Assembly: GCA_963735595.1 (NCBI GenBank)
Contig: CAVTLK010000004.1
Span: 32,001-96,000 of the forward strand
DNA: 64,000 nt
Direction: 5' to 3'
From: an uncultured delta proteobacterium
GTDB lineage: Bacteria; Desulfobacterota; Zymogenia; Zymogenales; Zymogenaceae
The position numbers and the translations under genes are program-made. Under the pieces are notes generated by a model. That model saw only the letters and a program-made list of their open reading frames with translations, did not search any database and was not told the DNA's origin. This document shows, in pieces, positions 25,284 to 36,400 of the stretch (positions are counted from its first letter, which is position 1; each line of letters starts with the position of its first letter).

Positions 25284-25709
25284 CTAATATAAAGATATTA
25301 GGATCGCTATCGCCATCACAAGCATAAGGCTACCTTCGATAATTAGTTGCAGGAAACCTTCACGTGTGAGCTTCTTTCTGATCGTGGTAACCATAACGAT
25401 CTGTATTAATGCCCAGGCGAGAGATACAGCAACCATGCCCTTTGCCATTGGCCAGTTTGCTGTTATAAAAGTGAAAGCCATAAAAACACTGGAATAGAGG
25501 TAGCCCATCAGGAACAGGAGGAGCGGATGTCCTTCGGGGTGGTAGCCTTTGAATATGTACCATCCGGAGAGGAGATAAACAATGGAGACAAACAGAAGTG
25601 AATATGTCAGCAGTTGGTTTTCCCGGTTAAGGAACCCCAGTAATGCGGCAACAATTCCTATAAGGAAGATCACCGTACATACTATTGAGAGCGCATTGGT
25701 TTTCTTCAT
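25284..25709 (-). CDS. hypothetical membrane protein (about 5 TM segments)
   Basis: 141-aa hydrophobic ORF with a GGAGG-free A/C-rich leader, in an operon-like position after the lipoprotein gene. Confidence 0.7.
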   Translation of the reverse strand: MKKTNALSIVCTVIFLIGIVAALLGFLNRENQLLTYSLLFVSIVYLLSGWYIFKGYHPEGHPLLLFLMGYLYSSVFMAFTFITANWPMAKGMVAVSLAWALIQIVMVTTIRKKLTREGFLQLIIEGSLMLVMAIAILISLY

Positions 25710-25735
25710 GGAGGTTGGTTTTTTATCTTAGAATA

Positions 25736-26224
25736 TTATTTAGTCCCGGCGGTAAACACCCTGTCGTATCTCTCGAGCCATATCCTGAAATATCCTGAAT
25801 TGATCATCAGGGAATCGAGAGGGTTGGCGATGTTTTTTACCTTAAAGTGAAAATCTCCTATTACATCTCCCATCTCCTGTCCGGTAATCCGGAATTCGCC
25901 GGATGTAGAGTTGTAGACTTTAGATTTACCATCGGCCATTTCGACGATGTAACGTGCTTCGAAAGCAGGATAAGTAAAAAGAGTTTTTGTATAGGAAGTA
26001 TCGTAAGCCTGTATATACAATGAGCTTTGTCCGAGGTTATAGATATGCCAGTCGAAGCCCTTTTTTTCAATTCCGGAATAATCAGTATATCGATAAGCAT
26101 ATCCTTTAGGTGTATATAGCTTTCCTCCTACATTATATTCGAGCAGTTCTGCACGGGGAGTCTCTTCGGTGCAGGAGATTAAGAGTGTGAGAGCGCAGAG
26201 GAGGGTTAGGAGAGATTTTTTCAT
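25736..26224 (-). CDS. hypothetical lipoprotein
   Basis: MKKSLLTLLCALTLLISC signal peptide II. Beta-rich body (SGEFRIT...GDFHFK). Confidence 0.75.
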   Translation of the reverse strand: MKKSLLTLLCALTLLISCTEETPRAELLEYNVGGKLYTPKGYAYRYTDYSGIEKKGFDWHIYNLGQSSLYIQAYDTSYTKTLFTYPAFEARYIVEMADGKSKVYNSTSGEFRITGQEMGDVIGDFHFKVKNIANPLDSLMINSGYFRIWLERYDRVFTAGTK

Positions 26225-26342
26225 TCAGAACGTATTAAGAATATAAAATTATTGAAAAAAATTGAAAGAACGAATATCCTGATGAATCAAATGGTGTGGA
26301 GCACAGGACGAATAGTGGAGACTGGCTCAAAAGAGAAATCCA

Positions 26343-26475
26343 TTAACCGCAAAGTGCGCAAAGGTTCTACGCAAAGGTCGCAAAGTGTTATTTATCTACA
26401 CTATAACTTTGCGTTCTTTGCGTTCCTACCCGCCGGTGCTCAAGCGCAGGCGGGCTTAGCGCACTTTGCGGTTAA
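26343..26475. repeat. 133-bp MITE/REPIN-like element with 21-bp terminal inverted repeats
   Basis: TTAACCGCAAAGTGCGCAAAG (26343-26363) matches the reverse complement of 26455-26475 (TTAACCGCAAAGTGCGCTAAG) at 20 of 21 positions. Internal CGCAAAG/CTTTGCG repeats. Confidence 0.75.
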
Positions 26476-26506
26476 AGCTGATTTTTGAGTTCCTCTCTTT
26501 TTATTT

Positions 26507-26681
26507 GCAGTTGCAGCGCACCGTAATATTTGTAGGTGCAGCGCACCGTAATATTTGTAGGTGCAGCGCACCGTAATATTTGTAGGTGCAGAGCACCGCA
26601 ATATTTGTAGGTGCAGAGCACCGTGATATTGGTAGGTGCAGAGCACCGTGATATTTGTAGGTGCAGAGCACCGGAATATTT
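26507..26681 (+). repeat. tandem array of 25-bp GTAG-type REP units (7 copies)
   Basis: Unit GTAGGTGCAG(A/C)GCACCGTAATATTT: GTAG foot plus GGTGC-AGA-GCACC hairpin, no spacers. Confidence 0.92.
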
Positions 26682-26756
26682 ATTGAACGATTTCTAAAAT
26701 AAATTTTAATACGTATCTTTATGATGCTCGCTAGTCAATTACAAATTTTAATAAAA

Positions 26757-27230
26757 ATGGCAAATACATACACACAGTGCTATTTCCATCTGGTATTTGC
26801 GGTAAAGAACCGTAATGCCCTGATTAAAAAAGAATGGAAGAATGAAATGGAGAAATATATTACAGGAATTGTCCAGAACCACCATCATAAGATGCTGGCA
26901 ATAGGTTCGATGCCCGATCATATCCATTTTTTAATAGGGTATAACGTAAATCATTTGGTACCGGACCTGGTTGAAGAGGTAAAGACCTCTACAAATTCAT
27001 GGATAAAAGAGAGGAGATTATCAAAATTTAAGTTTGAATGGCAAAAAGGTTATGGAGCATTTACTCATTCCCACTCTCAGATAGATTTTGTTGTAAAATA
27101 TATTTTATCGCAGGAGGAACATCATAAAAAACAATCTTTCAGAGATGAATATTTAGAAATGCTGGAAAATAACGAGGTTCTTTTCGATCACGAATATTTG
27201 TTCGATTATTTTGATGATATTGATGAATAG
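26757..27230 (+). CDS. tnpA: IS200-like Y1 HUH transposase, probably REP-associated (RAYT/TnpA-REP type)
   Basis: HLVFAVKNR, MPDHIHFLI (HUH), WQKGYGAF, KYILSQEEHH (catalytic Tyr). Flanked by GTAG-REP arrays. No tnpB nearby. Confidence 0.88.
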   Translation: MANTYTQCYFHLVFAVKNRNALIKKEWKNEMEKYITGIVQNHHHKMLAIGSMPDHIHFLIGYNVNHLVPDLVEEVKTSTNSWIKERRLSKFKFEWQKGYGAFTHSHSQIDFVVKYILSQEEHHKKQSFRDEYLEMLENNEVLFDHEYLFDYFDDIDE

Positions 27231-27234
27231 GATC

Positions 27235-27308
27235 TAATATTCCGGTGCTCTGCACCTAGGAGGTATTTTTCGACCCTCTTTCTACAAATATTACGCGGCT
27301 CTGCCGCT
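27235..27308 (-). repeat. two inverted REP copies immediately downstream of tnpA
   Basis: TAATATTCCGGTGCTCTGCACCTAG (27236-27260 approx.) and degenerate CTACAAATATTACGCGGCTCTGCCGCT (27281-27308). Confidence 0.8.
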
Positions 27309-27433
27309 CAAGAAGGCAATGATTATGCAAATCTACCAATGGTGATTAAATGTAATTTAGGTTGATTAGCTCAATTTTTTCAAAATAGATAACAGGCTCA
27401 GATGTTTTAACGGTGCAACGAACATTAATCTCT

Positions 27434-27808
27434 CTAGGTGCAGAGCACCGTAATATTGGTAGGTGCAGATCACCGTGATATTTGTAGGTGCAGCGCACCG
27501 TAATATTGGTAGGTGCAGAGCACCGTAATATTGGTAGGTGCAGAGCACCGTAATATTGGTAGGTGCAGAGCACCGTAATATTTGTAGGTGCAGAGCACCG
27601 TGATATTTGTAGGTGCAGAGCACCGTGATATTTGTAGGTGCAGAGCACCGTAATATTTGTAGGTGCAGCGCACCGTAATATTGGTAGGTGCAGAGCACCG
27701 TAATATTTGTAGGTGCAGAGCACCGTGATATTTGTAGGTGCAGCGCACCGTAATATTTGTAGGTGCAGCGTACCGTAATCTTTGTAGGTGCAGCGTACCG
27801 CAATATCT
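27434..27808 (+). repeat. tandem array of 25-bp GTAG-type REP units (15 copies)
   Basis: Exact 25-bp period from 27434 to 27808, same unit as the left array with a few polymorphic positions. Confidence 0.93.
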
Positions 27809-28107
27809 ATCCGGATGGAAAAGATGAACCCCGGGTTTCAGTGGCGGGGACCCGGGGTTCCGAGGACCTCTCTGCCTGTGGTGTCTATCCGCACATTATG
27901 GCATGAGAGGCAGCAGCGAGACTGCTAACATCAGGCTTACCCTGTGTGCCGTAGCCCTGGAGAAGGCACAAGCCCGGGGTTAACAGACATTCCGTACACG
28001 GCGGGACTTTAGTCCCTGCTTTCATTCAAATAAGGTAGCAGCGAGACTACCATTATCGTTAATCAGGCATAAGAAATAGTAATTTGAATAATTGGCGTTC
28101 AAGCAAT

Positions 28108-28365
28108 TCATTGGCTGTTTTTCTCTTTTTCGGCTTCGATTGCCTTGCCTCTTTTCCAAAGGGATTTGCCGTAAGTAAAAGCGAGTAAAAAACCACCCAG
28201 AATAAAAGCTAATATCTGGACTAGAGTTGTCCATTTCAAAAAATATTCAAGGACTTCCTTGTTCTGGACTATTACAAAAAAAATCCCTGTAAAAATTCCC
28301 CATGGAAGACCAATAACCCAAATTGCTCTTCTCCAATAAAAGTCTTTGAAATTGTTGTATTCCAT
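28108..28365 (-). CDS. small two-TM membrane protein (candidate immunity protein)
   Basis: MEYNNFKDFYWRRAIWVIGLPWGIFTG...ILAFILGGFLLAFTYG, directly downstream of the Gly-zipper lipoprotein. Confidence 0.6.
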   Translation of the reverse strand: MEYNNFKDFYWRRAIWVIGLPWGIFTGIFFVIVQNKEVLEYFLKWTTLVQILAFILGGFLLAFTYGKSLWKRGKAIEAEKEKNSQ

Positions 28366-28415
28366 AAATATTTGTTTTTTAATTAATAACTTAGATATTC
28401 TTAAAAATTGCACAT

Positions 28416-29252
28416 TTAGGCAGGTATAAGCGGTACTACATACAGGAAAAATACTTTCAATAATGATCCAACAATGGCGCCATAAACAGCCCCTTGCATA
28501 CCTTCAAGAAATGCAGCTGTTACAGTTCCAACTCCAGGCATGATTAATGTGCCTCCAACCCCACCGATTATAGCCCCGACAATAAATCCAGCTAGTCCTC
28601 CTTCAAAATCAGCTTCCACTATCTCCAACGCAACTTTCCAAAAATCTTCCGATTTACTATCAAGTTTTATATACTTTGTTAGATTCTTTTTCCAATAACT
28701 ATAACTGTTTTTGCCTACGGAAGACATACAGAGTAGAATGGTTTTATCTTCTTCTGAAATCTGTGACGTCCATATCTCCTTTTCTAACCTCTTTATTTGT
28801 ATAAAAGATTGAACTGAGTCAATAAAATCAATATTATGAAAAACTTCTCTGAGTTTAAATAAATACTGATTTGAAATTGTGCCTTCTTGTAAAATTGGGT
28901 ATTCTAAAATATGTTTATTATATCCTTCATTCATTTCTGAAAGAAATAATTCAGCAAGCTCTTTATAATTTTCACTGTTATAATTCATGAAATTACTTTT
29001 TGGATTAGATAAAATGAATGAAGTTGCTAATCCAGAAATGTCCTCAATACTAATTTCACTCCCTATTTTTGACCCGGCAATATTAAGGGCATAATCAAGC
29101 CCTTCATTATGCAATACACCAATATATTCATAAGGGTTAACAAATTTTTCATCTTGAATAACCTGATTAGAAAAATTTTCACAAGAGTTAAACATTATTA
29201 TCAAAAACATGCCTGATAATAATTGCAAGTAGAATTTTTTTAAGTTTTCCAT
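28416..29252 (-). CDS. lipoprotein with C-terminal glycine-rich hydrophobic (glycine-zipper-like) domain
   Basis: Signal peptide II MENLKK...IIMFNSC, NPYEYIGVLHNEGL motif, C-terminus GGLAGFIVGAIIGGVGG...GAVYGAIVGS. AT-rich. Confidence 0.7.
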   Translation of the reverse strand: MENLKKFYLQLLSGMFLIIMFNSCENFSNQVIQDEKFVNPYEYIGVLHNEGLDYALNIAGSKIGSEISIEDISGLATSFILSNPKSNFMNYNSENYKELAELFLSEMNEGYNKHILEYPILQEGTISNQYLFKLREVFHNIDFIDSVQSFIQIKRLEKEIWTSQISEEDKTILLCMSSVGKNSYSYWKKNLTKYIKLDSKSEDFWKVALEIVEADFEGGLAGFIVGAIIGGVGGTLIMPGVGTVTAAFLEGMQGAVYGAIVGSLLKVFFLYVVPLIPA

Positions 29253-29460
29253 TTTATTACCGTTTTTAGTGAGACATATTATTTCATTTTGGTTTCGTAC
29301 CAAAATATATTCCACCACTTATTTAATTGTTTTTAAGAATAAACCTTGAACAAAATGAATTGTCCAACTACAATTTAGCACCTTAAAATACTATCGACAT
29401 TTCTAAACAGATAAGCAATATAAAATCATGAACTCTGATTTTTTCGGAGTTTCACTTTTT

Positions 29461-29721
29461 TTAAATTTTTTTTTCTAATACATCATCTAACATCCTGAAT
29501 TCACACACAAACCTTACGTTTTCGCGATAACAATAGCTTTGGCAGGCTCGCGAATAATATATCGGAGCCTCCAGTTCAATTTTCATTAGCTTTATTATCT
29601 GATAGACCTGACTGGTAGATATACCGAGCTTCTCCGCCAGTTCTTCCGGAGTTCCTGTTGATCTTGTACGCAACAATAAATCAATTCGCTCGATTCGCCT
29701 TATCTGATCATAGAAATCCAT
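29461..29721 (-). CDS. small HTH DNA-binding protein
   Basis: RIERIDLLLR..STGTPEELAEKLGISTSQVY...APIYYS...SYCY, a small Bacteroidota-type HTH protein. Confidence 0.8.
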   Translation of the reverse strand: MDFYDQIRRIERIDLLLRTRSTGTPEELAEKLGISTSQVYQIIKLMKIELEAPIYYSRACQSYCYRENVRFVCEFRMLDDVLEKKI

Positions 29722-30119
29722 AATTCTTATGATTTTAAAGGGTTCTTTGCAGACAATTCTATCTCTACATGTAACAAGAGTGCATTTTGTGACACGAAAA
29801 TTTCAACTATTTTTTGTCTTTGTTTAATTTATAATCGTTCTAAATAAACACGATCCTTATTATCCTGATTATATGATAATTATAAATTTTCCTTCTATCC
29901 CTGAGGAAGCAAATTTTATTGGTAAGAATAGTGTATAACACCCACTCCCGCTTCTTAAAGGAGGAAAAAGCTCCCCCTTGCGAGTTTTTAGACTCAATCT
30001 CAACATAACACGAAAAAACATGTACCAATGGAAGAAGATCTGCAATTTGTGACCGGGAATCCGGGACGAAATTAAGAATCTCCTTGTAAATAACTGCTTA
30101 ATAACAATTGCTTTACACC

Positions 30120-30340
30120 TCACCCACCCCCTTAATTACCCACCCCCAACCCCCCAAGGGGGGCTTAACACACAACAAACCCTGCAACCCTGAAACTACC
30201 AACCCTCTTTGCTCCCCAAATAACTACCCACCACCCTTCCCCCCTGAAGGGGGGTACAATCCCAATACTAATTGTAATATGTGACGGGTTTCTGCCCCCC
30301 TTCAGGGGGGTTGGGGGGCCGGTTATAGGGGGGTTGGGAC
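30120..30340. repeat. cluster of C-run/G-run palindromes
   Basis: CCCCCAACCCCCCAAGGGGGGC, CCCTTCCCCCCTGAAGGGGGG and inverted GCCCCCCTTCAGGGGGGTTGGGGGG. Confidence 0.75.
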
Positions 30341-30367
30341 TGTTTTACATGGATCTGGAGTGCCGAT

Positions 30368-30406
30368 ATAAAAACAAAACTGGCGCAGATCATTGATCCG
30401 CGCCAG
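30368..30406 (-). terminator. Rho-independent terminator after the giant adhesin gene
   Basis: Stem CTGGCGC.GATC/GATC.GCGCCAG followed on the minus strand by TTTTGTTTTT. Confidence 0.7.
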
Positions 30407-30463
30407 CTTATTCTAATTTAATATATGCCGCGTTTTCAGTCCCGCTTAGGCGGGATTGGGGGG

Positions 30464-33400
30464 TTAGTGCAACAACGTTATATCCCCAACTATCTTGAAC
30501 GGCTTGCCATTAGCATACTTGCCTTCAACATACCATACATATACTCCCTGCGGACAAAGCTTGCCCTTGTAGTATCCGTTCCACGGGATGTTGATGCTGT
30601 TGCTCTGGAAGATCAGCACTCCCTGCCTGTTGAAGATCTGAAGCTTATAGCTCGTGACCTTCTCCCTTATCGGCGGGAAGAAGAACTGGTCTATCTCCGT
30701 GCCGCCTGTAGGCAGATCCGTACGCTCTATCGGTCCTTCCTTGTTAGGTGTGAAGACTGTCGAGAACCTGACCTCTCCCGGAGGCTCTACGGTCACTGCC
30801 GGCGACAGTACAAACTTGTCGGAACAGCCGTTGGACGAGTAAGCCCAGAGGGTGATGTCATAAACACCTTCTTCCATATACTTATGGTACGGCTCTCTCA
30901 CTCTCGAGGTGTCGCCATCACCAAAGTCCCACAGATATGAGTCATCCATTCCTACTTTTTCACTGAGGTTGAAGCACCTTACCCTCTCGTCGTTTACATA
31001 AACGAGTGCGGGTGCTACCTCAAAGTATGCCCTTGGTGAAGCATAGGCATGAATTACCTGCTGCTTCTCATCGGTTCCGCCCGGACCGGTTACCCTGTAC
31101 CTGATCTGGTATGTGCCGGCCGTGAAGTAGGTGTATGTCGGATTCTCCTCGGTCGATATATGTCCATCACCGAAGTCCCAGAAGAATGAAGTTCCCGGGG
31201 TATCCCTGTAGAGTGTCGTGTTGGTGACCTCAATATAGAGAGGTGAACAGCCCGAAGGTATCGAATCGAAGTCGGCAACAGGTGCCTGAGGCAGTATCGT
31301 TACCTGGTGTGTTGCACTGCTTGAGCACTTCTCGTTCGAAACGGTAAGAACAACATCGTAAGTGCCAAGAGCCGTGTATGAATGTGTCGGACCAGGTGCA
31401 GATGATGAGCCTCCGTCAGCGAAGTCCCAGCTGTATGTCCAGGCTGGACCTACCGGTGTTGTCAGATCGGTAAATATCACTGGATTTCCTGCCGGCAGGT
31501 AGTTCTGAGATGTCGGTGCTGCCGAGAACTGTGCCTGAGGCATCGGCATTACAACAACATCTATCTCTGAAGTATCCGTGCAGCCATAGAAGGAGCTTGT
31601 GATAAGCTGAACCGTTCTTGTTACAGGTGCTGTGGTGGTTGTGTAGAGATGCTTGACTACATTGCTTCCGGGACCTGAAGATCCATCGCCGTAATCCCAG
31701 TTATAGGTATTGGCGCCGGGAAGTGCGGTGAAGGTGAGCTGACTGCCGCTGCAGATGCTGTCGTCACTTGCTGTGAAGGTAGCATCAATCGACGGGTAGA
31801 CAGTCATCATCGAGGTCTTGAAGTCTGAACATACACCGGTTGTAACTGTCAGCCTGACTGTGCGATAAAGTATTGTAGATGCTGTGGTATTCGTGAAGGT
31901 ATGTTTAGGATTAGCCTCTGTTGTGTTGAGAGGTGTTCCATCGTCGAAGTCCCAGCTCCAGCTGTCAATACCGGTCATGTCCTTTGTAAACTGTACCGTA
32001 GCAGGTGTGCATCCCATATTTTCATCCTGGGCAAAGGTCGCATCGGGTGCATTGACAACCACTGAAATATCACTTTCACCATAGCATCCGTTGCTGTCCT
32101 TGACTCTGTAATTAAGATCATAGGTATCTCCTATCATCGTCTTGAATATCGGATTCTGGGTGAAGTAGCTGTTAAGAGGTCCTACTTCTCCGGTCCAGGT
32201 ATGTTGCGTCCATGTTCCGGAACCGCCGGTGATGATTGGAGTCATAGTTATGCTAAATTCCGCCGCATGCATTTAACGGATCGCTTGCAAAGGTCACCAC
32301 CGGCAGAGAATTGACTGTCAGCAGTGCACCGTTTGAATATGTGTTGGCGCAGAATGCTTTAAGCGCGAGTCTGTACTGGTAGTTGTTGTAAGCAAAAGGA
32401 ACATCCACGAGTGCCAGCTGCTGTGTTGTTGTGCCGCTGTAGATCGCATTGTCGTGGATATCGTTCCATCCGCTTCCTGTATTGACCTGCCATCTGAGTG
32501 AGTCTACCATCCCTGCTCCGTATGAGAGGAAGTAAACAGGACCGCCAAGGTCGCAAACAGCTGCAGCCACAGGTTGTTTGGTTATTGTCGGAGGGACGTT
32601 TACTCTGAGTACAACATAATTCGAGTATACCCCGACCGGTGATCCGCATGTACCTTTTATTATTACTCTGAAGATGGCATTATTATAACCTGCCGGTGGT
32701 ACATTCGTCAGCTTAAGTGAATCGGTACCCTGTCCGCTGTATATGCCTCCATTGACAACTGATGCAAACGGAGTTGCTCCGATCTTCACCTGCCAGTCGT
32801 ATGTCAGCCCCTCGCCTGTAGCAAAGACTCCGAAGGCTGCATTCTGTGTAGAGCAGATAGTTGTATCTCTCGGCTGTGACTGTATCTCAGGAGCTGTATT
32901 TACGGTAAGCAATGCAGAACCGGAAGTCACAGTCTGTGAACATCCTGATACTTCAGCATAGTAAGTGTTGCCGCTCAGATCCCTTGTTGCTCCGTAGATG
33001 GTGAGCTTTTCTGAATCAAATCCATAATATACACCGCCGGTGATCGCAGTTGTTCCCACATACCACTGATAGGTAAGGTCATCACCATCAGCGTCAACCT
33101 CGAAGGAGACAATTCCATATTCACATGTAACAACCGGCAGATGGAGATGATGTAATCGCGGGCAGACGTTTAACCCTGACAACCATCGATTTTGAAGTTG
33201 TGTTGCATATTCCTGTGGATGTTGCCGTGATTGTTGCATTACCATAGAATGCTGCATCCCAGTTCATCACTCCGGTTACAGGATCTATAACACCTGCTGT
33301 TATCGGTAATACCGAGTATGCAATAGATGTGCTGTTATCTGCCGTTGCCGTATAGGTTTCGTTGACTGCATCCTGGCACACTTCCGGCGCTCCGGCTGTA

Positions 33401-36400
33401 AATGTTGTAAGTCCTGTTAAAGGATTAACAGTTACTACCACTGTAAATGGTACTCCCGTGCAGCTGCCTGATTTAGGTGTTACTGTGTAGGTTGCTGTTT
33501 CTGTCGATGTCGACATGTTGGTGAGTGTGCCGCTTACCGATGTTCCGCTGCCAGGCATTGCGCCGACAATTGCTCCGGACAGAACCGGCATCGTCCAGGT
33601 GTATGTTGTACCCGAAGGAACAACACCATCTGTGAGGTTGGCCGGTGTAATTGTAAATGTGCTTCCGCTGCAGATTGTCGAAGCCTGGTTATTTATTGCA
33701 GGCATCGGATTAACTGTTACGGTAACCGTGAATGTTGCTCCGGTACAGCTTCCTGAAATAGGTGTTACCGTATATGTCGCGTAAGTGCCGAATACTTGTG
33801 GAATTCGTAAGTGTACCGCTTATGTTTGCAGCATTCGTGCCTGCAGAACCGCCTGCCACTTGCATCCATTGAAAGGAGCCAGCCAGCTGTAGGTTGTTCC
33901 TGCAGGTACAACACCATTGGTGCTGTTGGCAGGAGTTGAGGTAAATGTCTCTCCGCTGCAGATAGCAGCAGTCATATTGGTGACTGCAGGCATCGGGTTG
34001 ACTGTTACCGTTACCGTGAATGTCGGTCCTGTACATGTACCCGACAGAGGTGTTACTGTATAAGTAGCCGTCTGAGGTGTATTCATCGGATTGGTAAGAG
34101 TACCGCTGATATTCAGAGCTCCGCTTCCTGCAGCTCCGCCTGAGATACCTCCCGTTACTGAAGGAGCAGACCATGAGTAGGTCGTTCCTGCAGGCACTAT
34201 ACCGTTTGTTGATTCAACAGGTGTTGTGGTGAATGTTCCTCCGCTGCAGATCACAGCCGTCATATCGGTAATTGTGGCTTTCGGATTAACTGTTACAGTT
34301 ACAGTGAATGTATTTCCTGTACAGCTCCCTGATGTAGGAGTCACCGTATATGTTGCTGTCTGTACAACGTTGGAAGTATTTGTAAGTGTCCCGTTGATGC
34401 TTCCTCCTGCACCCGCAGCTATGCCTGTAAGACTTCCTGTGATCACAGGAGCCGGCCAGGTATAAGTAGTAGGTGTGGGAACAATGCCGTCTGTTCCATT
34501 AAGAGGTGTTAAGGTGAAGCTTCCTCCGCTGCAGATCGTTGCCGACATCGGGTTGATTGCCGGCGTCGGGCTTACCGAGACGTTTACCGTGAAGGATGCA
34601 CCTGTACATGGACCATCAGGTGATGTGGGTGTTACAGTATAAACTGCGACCTGTGGTGCATTTGTCGGATTGACAAGTGTACCTGTTATGGAAGTCTGTG
34701 CGGTTCCTCCTGCACCACCCGAAATACCTCCTGTTACTGAAGGTGCCGACCATGTATATGTAGTATTTGCCGGAACGAGTCCGTTGGTAACGTCTACCGG
34801 TGTAAGCGTGAATGTACCGCCGCTGCAGATCGTTGTGCTCATACTTGTAACTGCAGGCATCGGGTTGACAGTAACAGTTACGGTGAATGTGGCTCCTGTA
34901 CAGCTTCCCGACTTCGGTGTAACAGTATATGTTGCTGTCTGAACACTGACTTGATGTGTTGGTAAGTGTTCCGCTGATGCTTGCAGCATTTGTTCCTGCT
35001 GTTCCGCCGGTGATGCTTCCTGATGTGGAGGGCGCACCCCAGCTGTATGTTATGTCTGAAGGAACAATTCCGTCTGTAACATCAACAGGACTTACGTTGA
35101 AGCTTCCGCCGCTGCAGATTGCAACTGTCTTATTGCTTACTGCTGGTGTCGGATTTACAGTAACAGTTACTGTAAATGTTGATCCCGTACAGGTTGCTGT
35201 TGCCGGCGTTACAGTGTATGTGGCTGTTCCTGCCGTACTTCCGGTATTGGTGAGTGTGCCGGTTATGCTTGTACCTGTTCCTCCTGCTCCAACCGAGATG
35301 GTTCCCGATATTACAGGTGCTCCCCAGGTGTAGTTCGTTGATGCAGGTACTATTCCGTTAGTGCCGTTGACAGGTGTTACCGTGAATGTACTTCCGCTGC
35401 AGATCGTTGATGTCATGGCACTGACCGACGGCGTCGGATTGACAGTGACAGTTACCGTAAACGTTGCTCCTGTACATGTTGCCGTAGCCGGTGTTACAGT
35501 GTAAGTGGCAGTCTGAACTGCAGTTCGTCGGATTGACAAGTGTACCTGATATGTCGGCTGCCGATGTGCCTGCTGCTCCTCCGGTTATGCCTCCGGAAAC
35601 TGCAGGTGCCGCCCATGTGTAGGTTGTTCCTGCAGGCACTATCCCATCTGTTATATTTACAGGAGCTATTGTGAAGCTTCCGCTGCTGCAGATCGTTGCT
35701 GTCTGGTTATTTACAGCAGGTTTCGGATTTACTGTCACCGTTACTGTGAATGTTGTTCCGGTACAGCTTCCCGTTACAGGCGTAACAGTGTATGTGGCTG
35801 TGGCGGCACGTATTCAGCGAGTTCGCAAGTGTTCCTGTTATGTTAGCACCTGAACCTGCAATACCTCCCGTGATACCTGCATCCATTGCAGGTGGGGTCC
35901 AGGAATAAGTTGTTCCTGACGGAACTATACCATCTGTTATATTTACAGGTGTAAGTGTAAATGTACCGCTGCTGCATGTGGCTGTCGTCAGATTATTGAC
36001 CGCCGGTGTCGGATTCACAGTGACCGTGACAGTGAAGTTTGGTCCTGTGCATGGCTCCGGCAACAGGAGTCACTGTGTAAATGGCTGTCTGTGAAGTGTT
36101 GGAGGAATTGATCAGAGTGCCGGACACTTCTGTTTCTGAAGTTCCCGGTGCCCCGGCTGCCAGTCCGCTTGTTACAGCAGGAGCTGACCATGTATAGAGA
36201 GTTCCCGCCGGCACAATTCCATTAGTGGTGTTTACAGGTAAAGCTGTAAATGTGCCTCCGCTGCATATCGTTGCGGTCATATTTGTAACAGCCGGCTTCG
36301 GATTAACCGTTACGGTAACTGTAAATGGTGTTCCCGTACAGCTTCCTGATTTAGGCGTTACTGTATATATAGCCTGTCCTGCCGTATTCAGTGAGTTGAA

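Noticed and set aside
27346..27803. Repetitive Cys/Tyr-rich ORFs (also 26440-26646) as peptide precursors
   Set aside because: They are translations of the 25-bp DNA repeat in rotating frames, with no independent coding signal.
26507..27808. CRISPR array
   Set aside because: Units are contiguous 25-mers with no unique spacers and there are no cas genes. The GTAG-hairpin unit and adjacent Y1 transposase indicate REPs.
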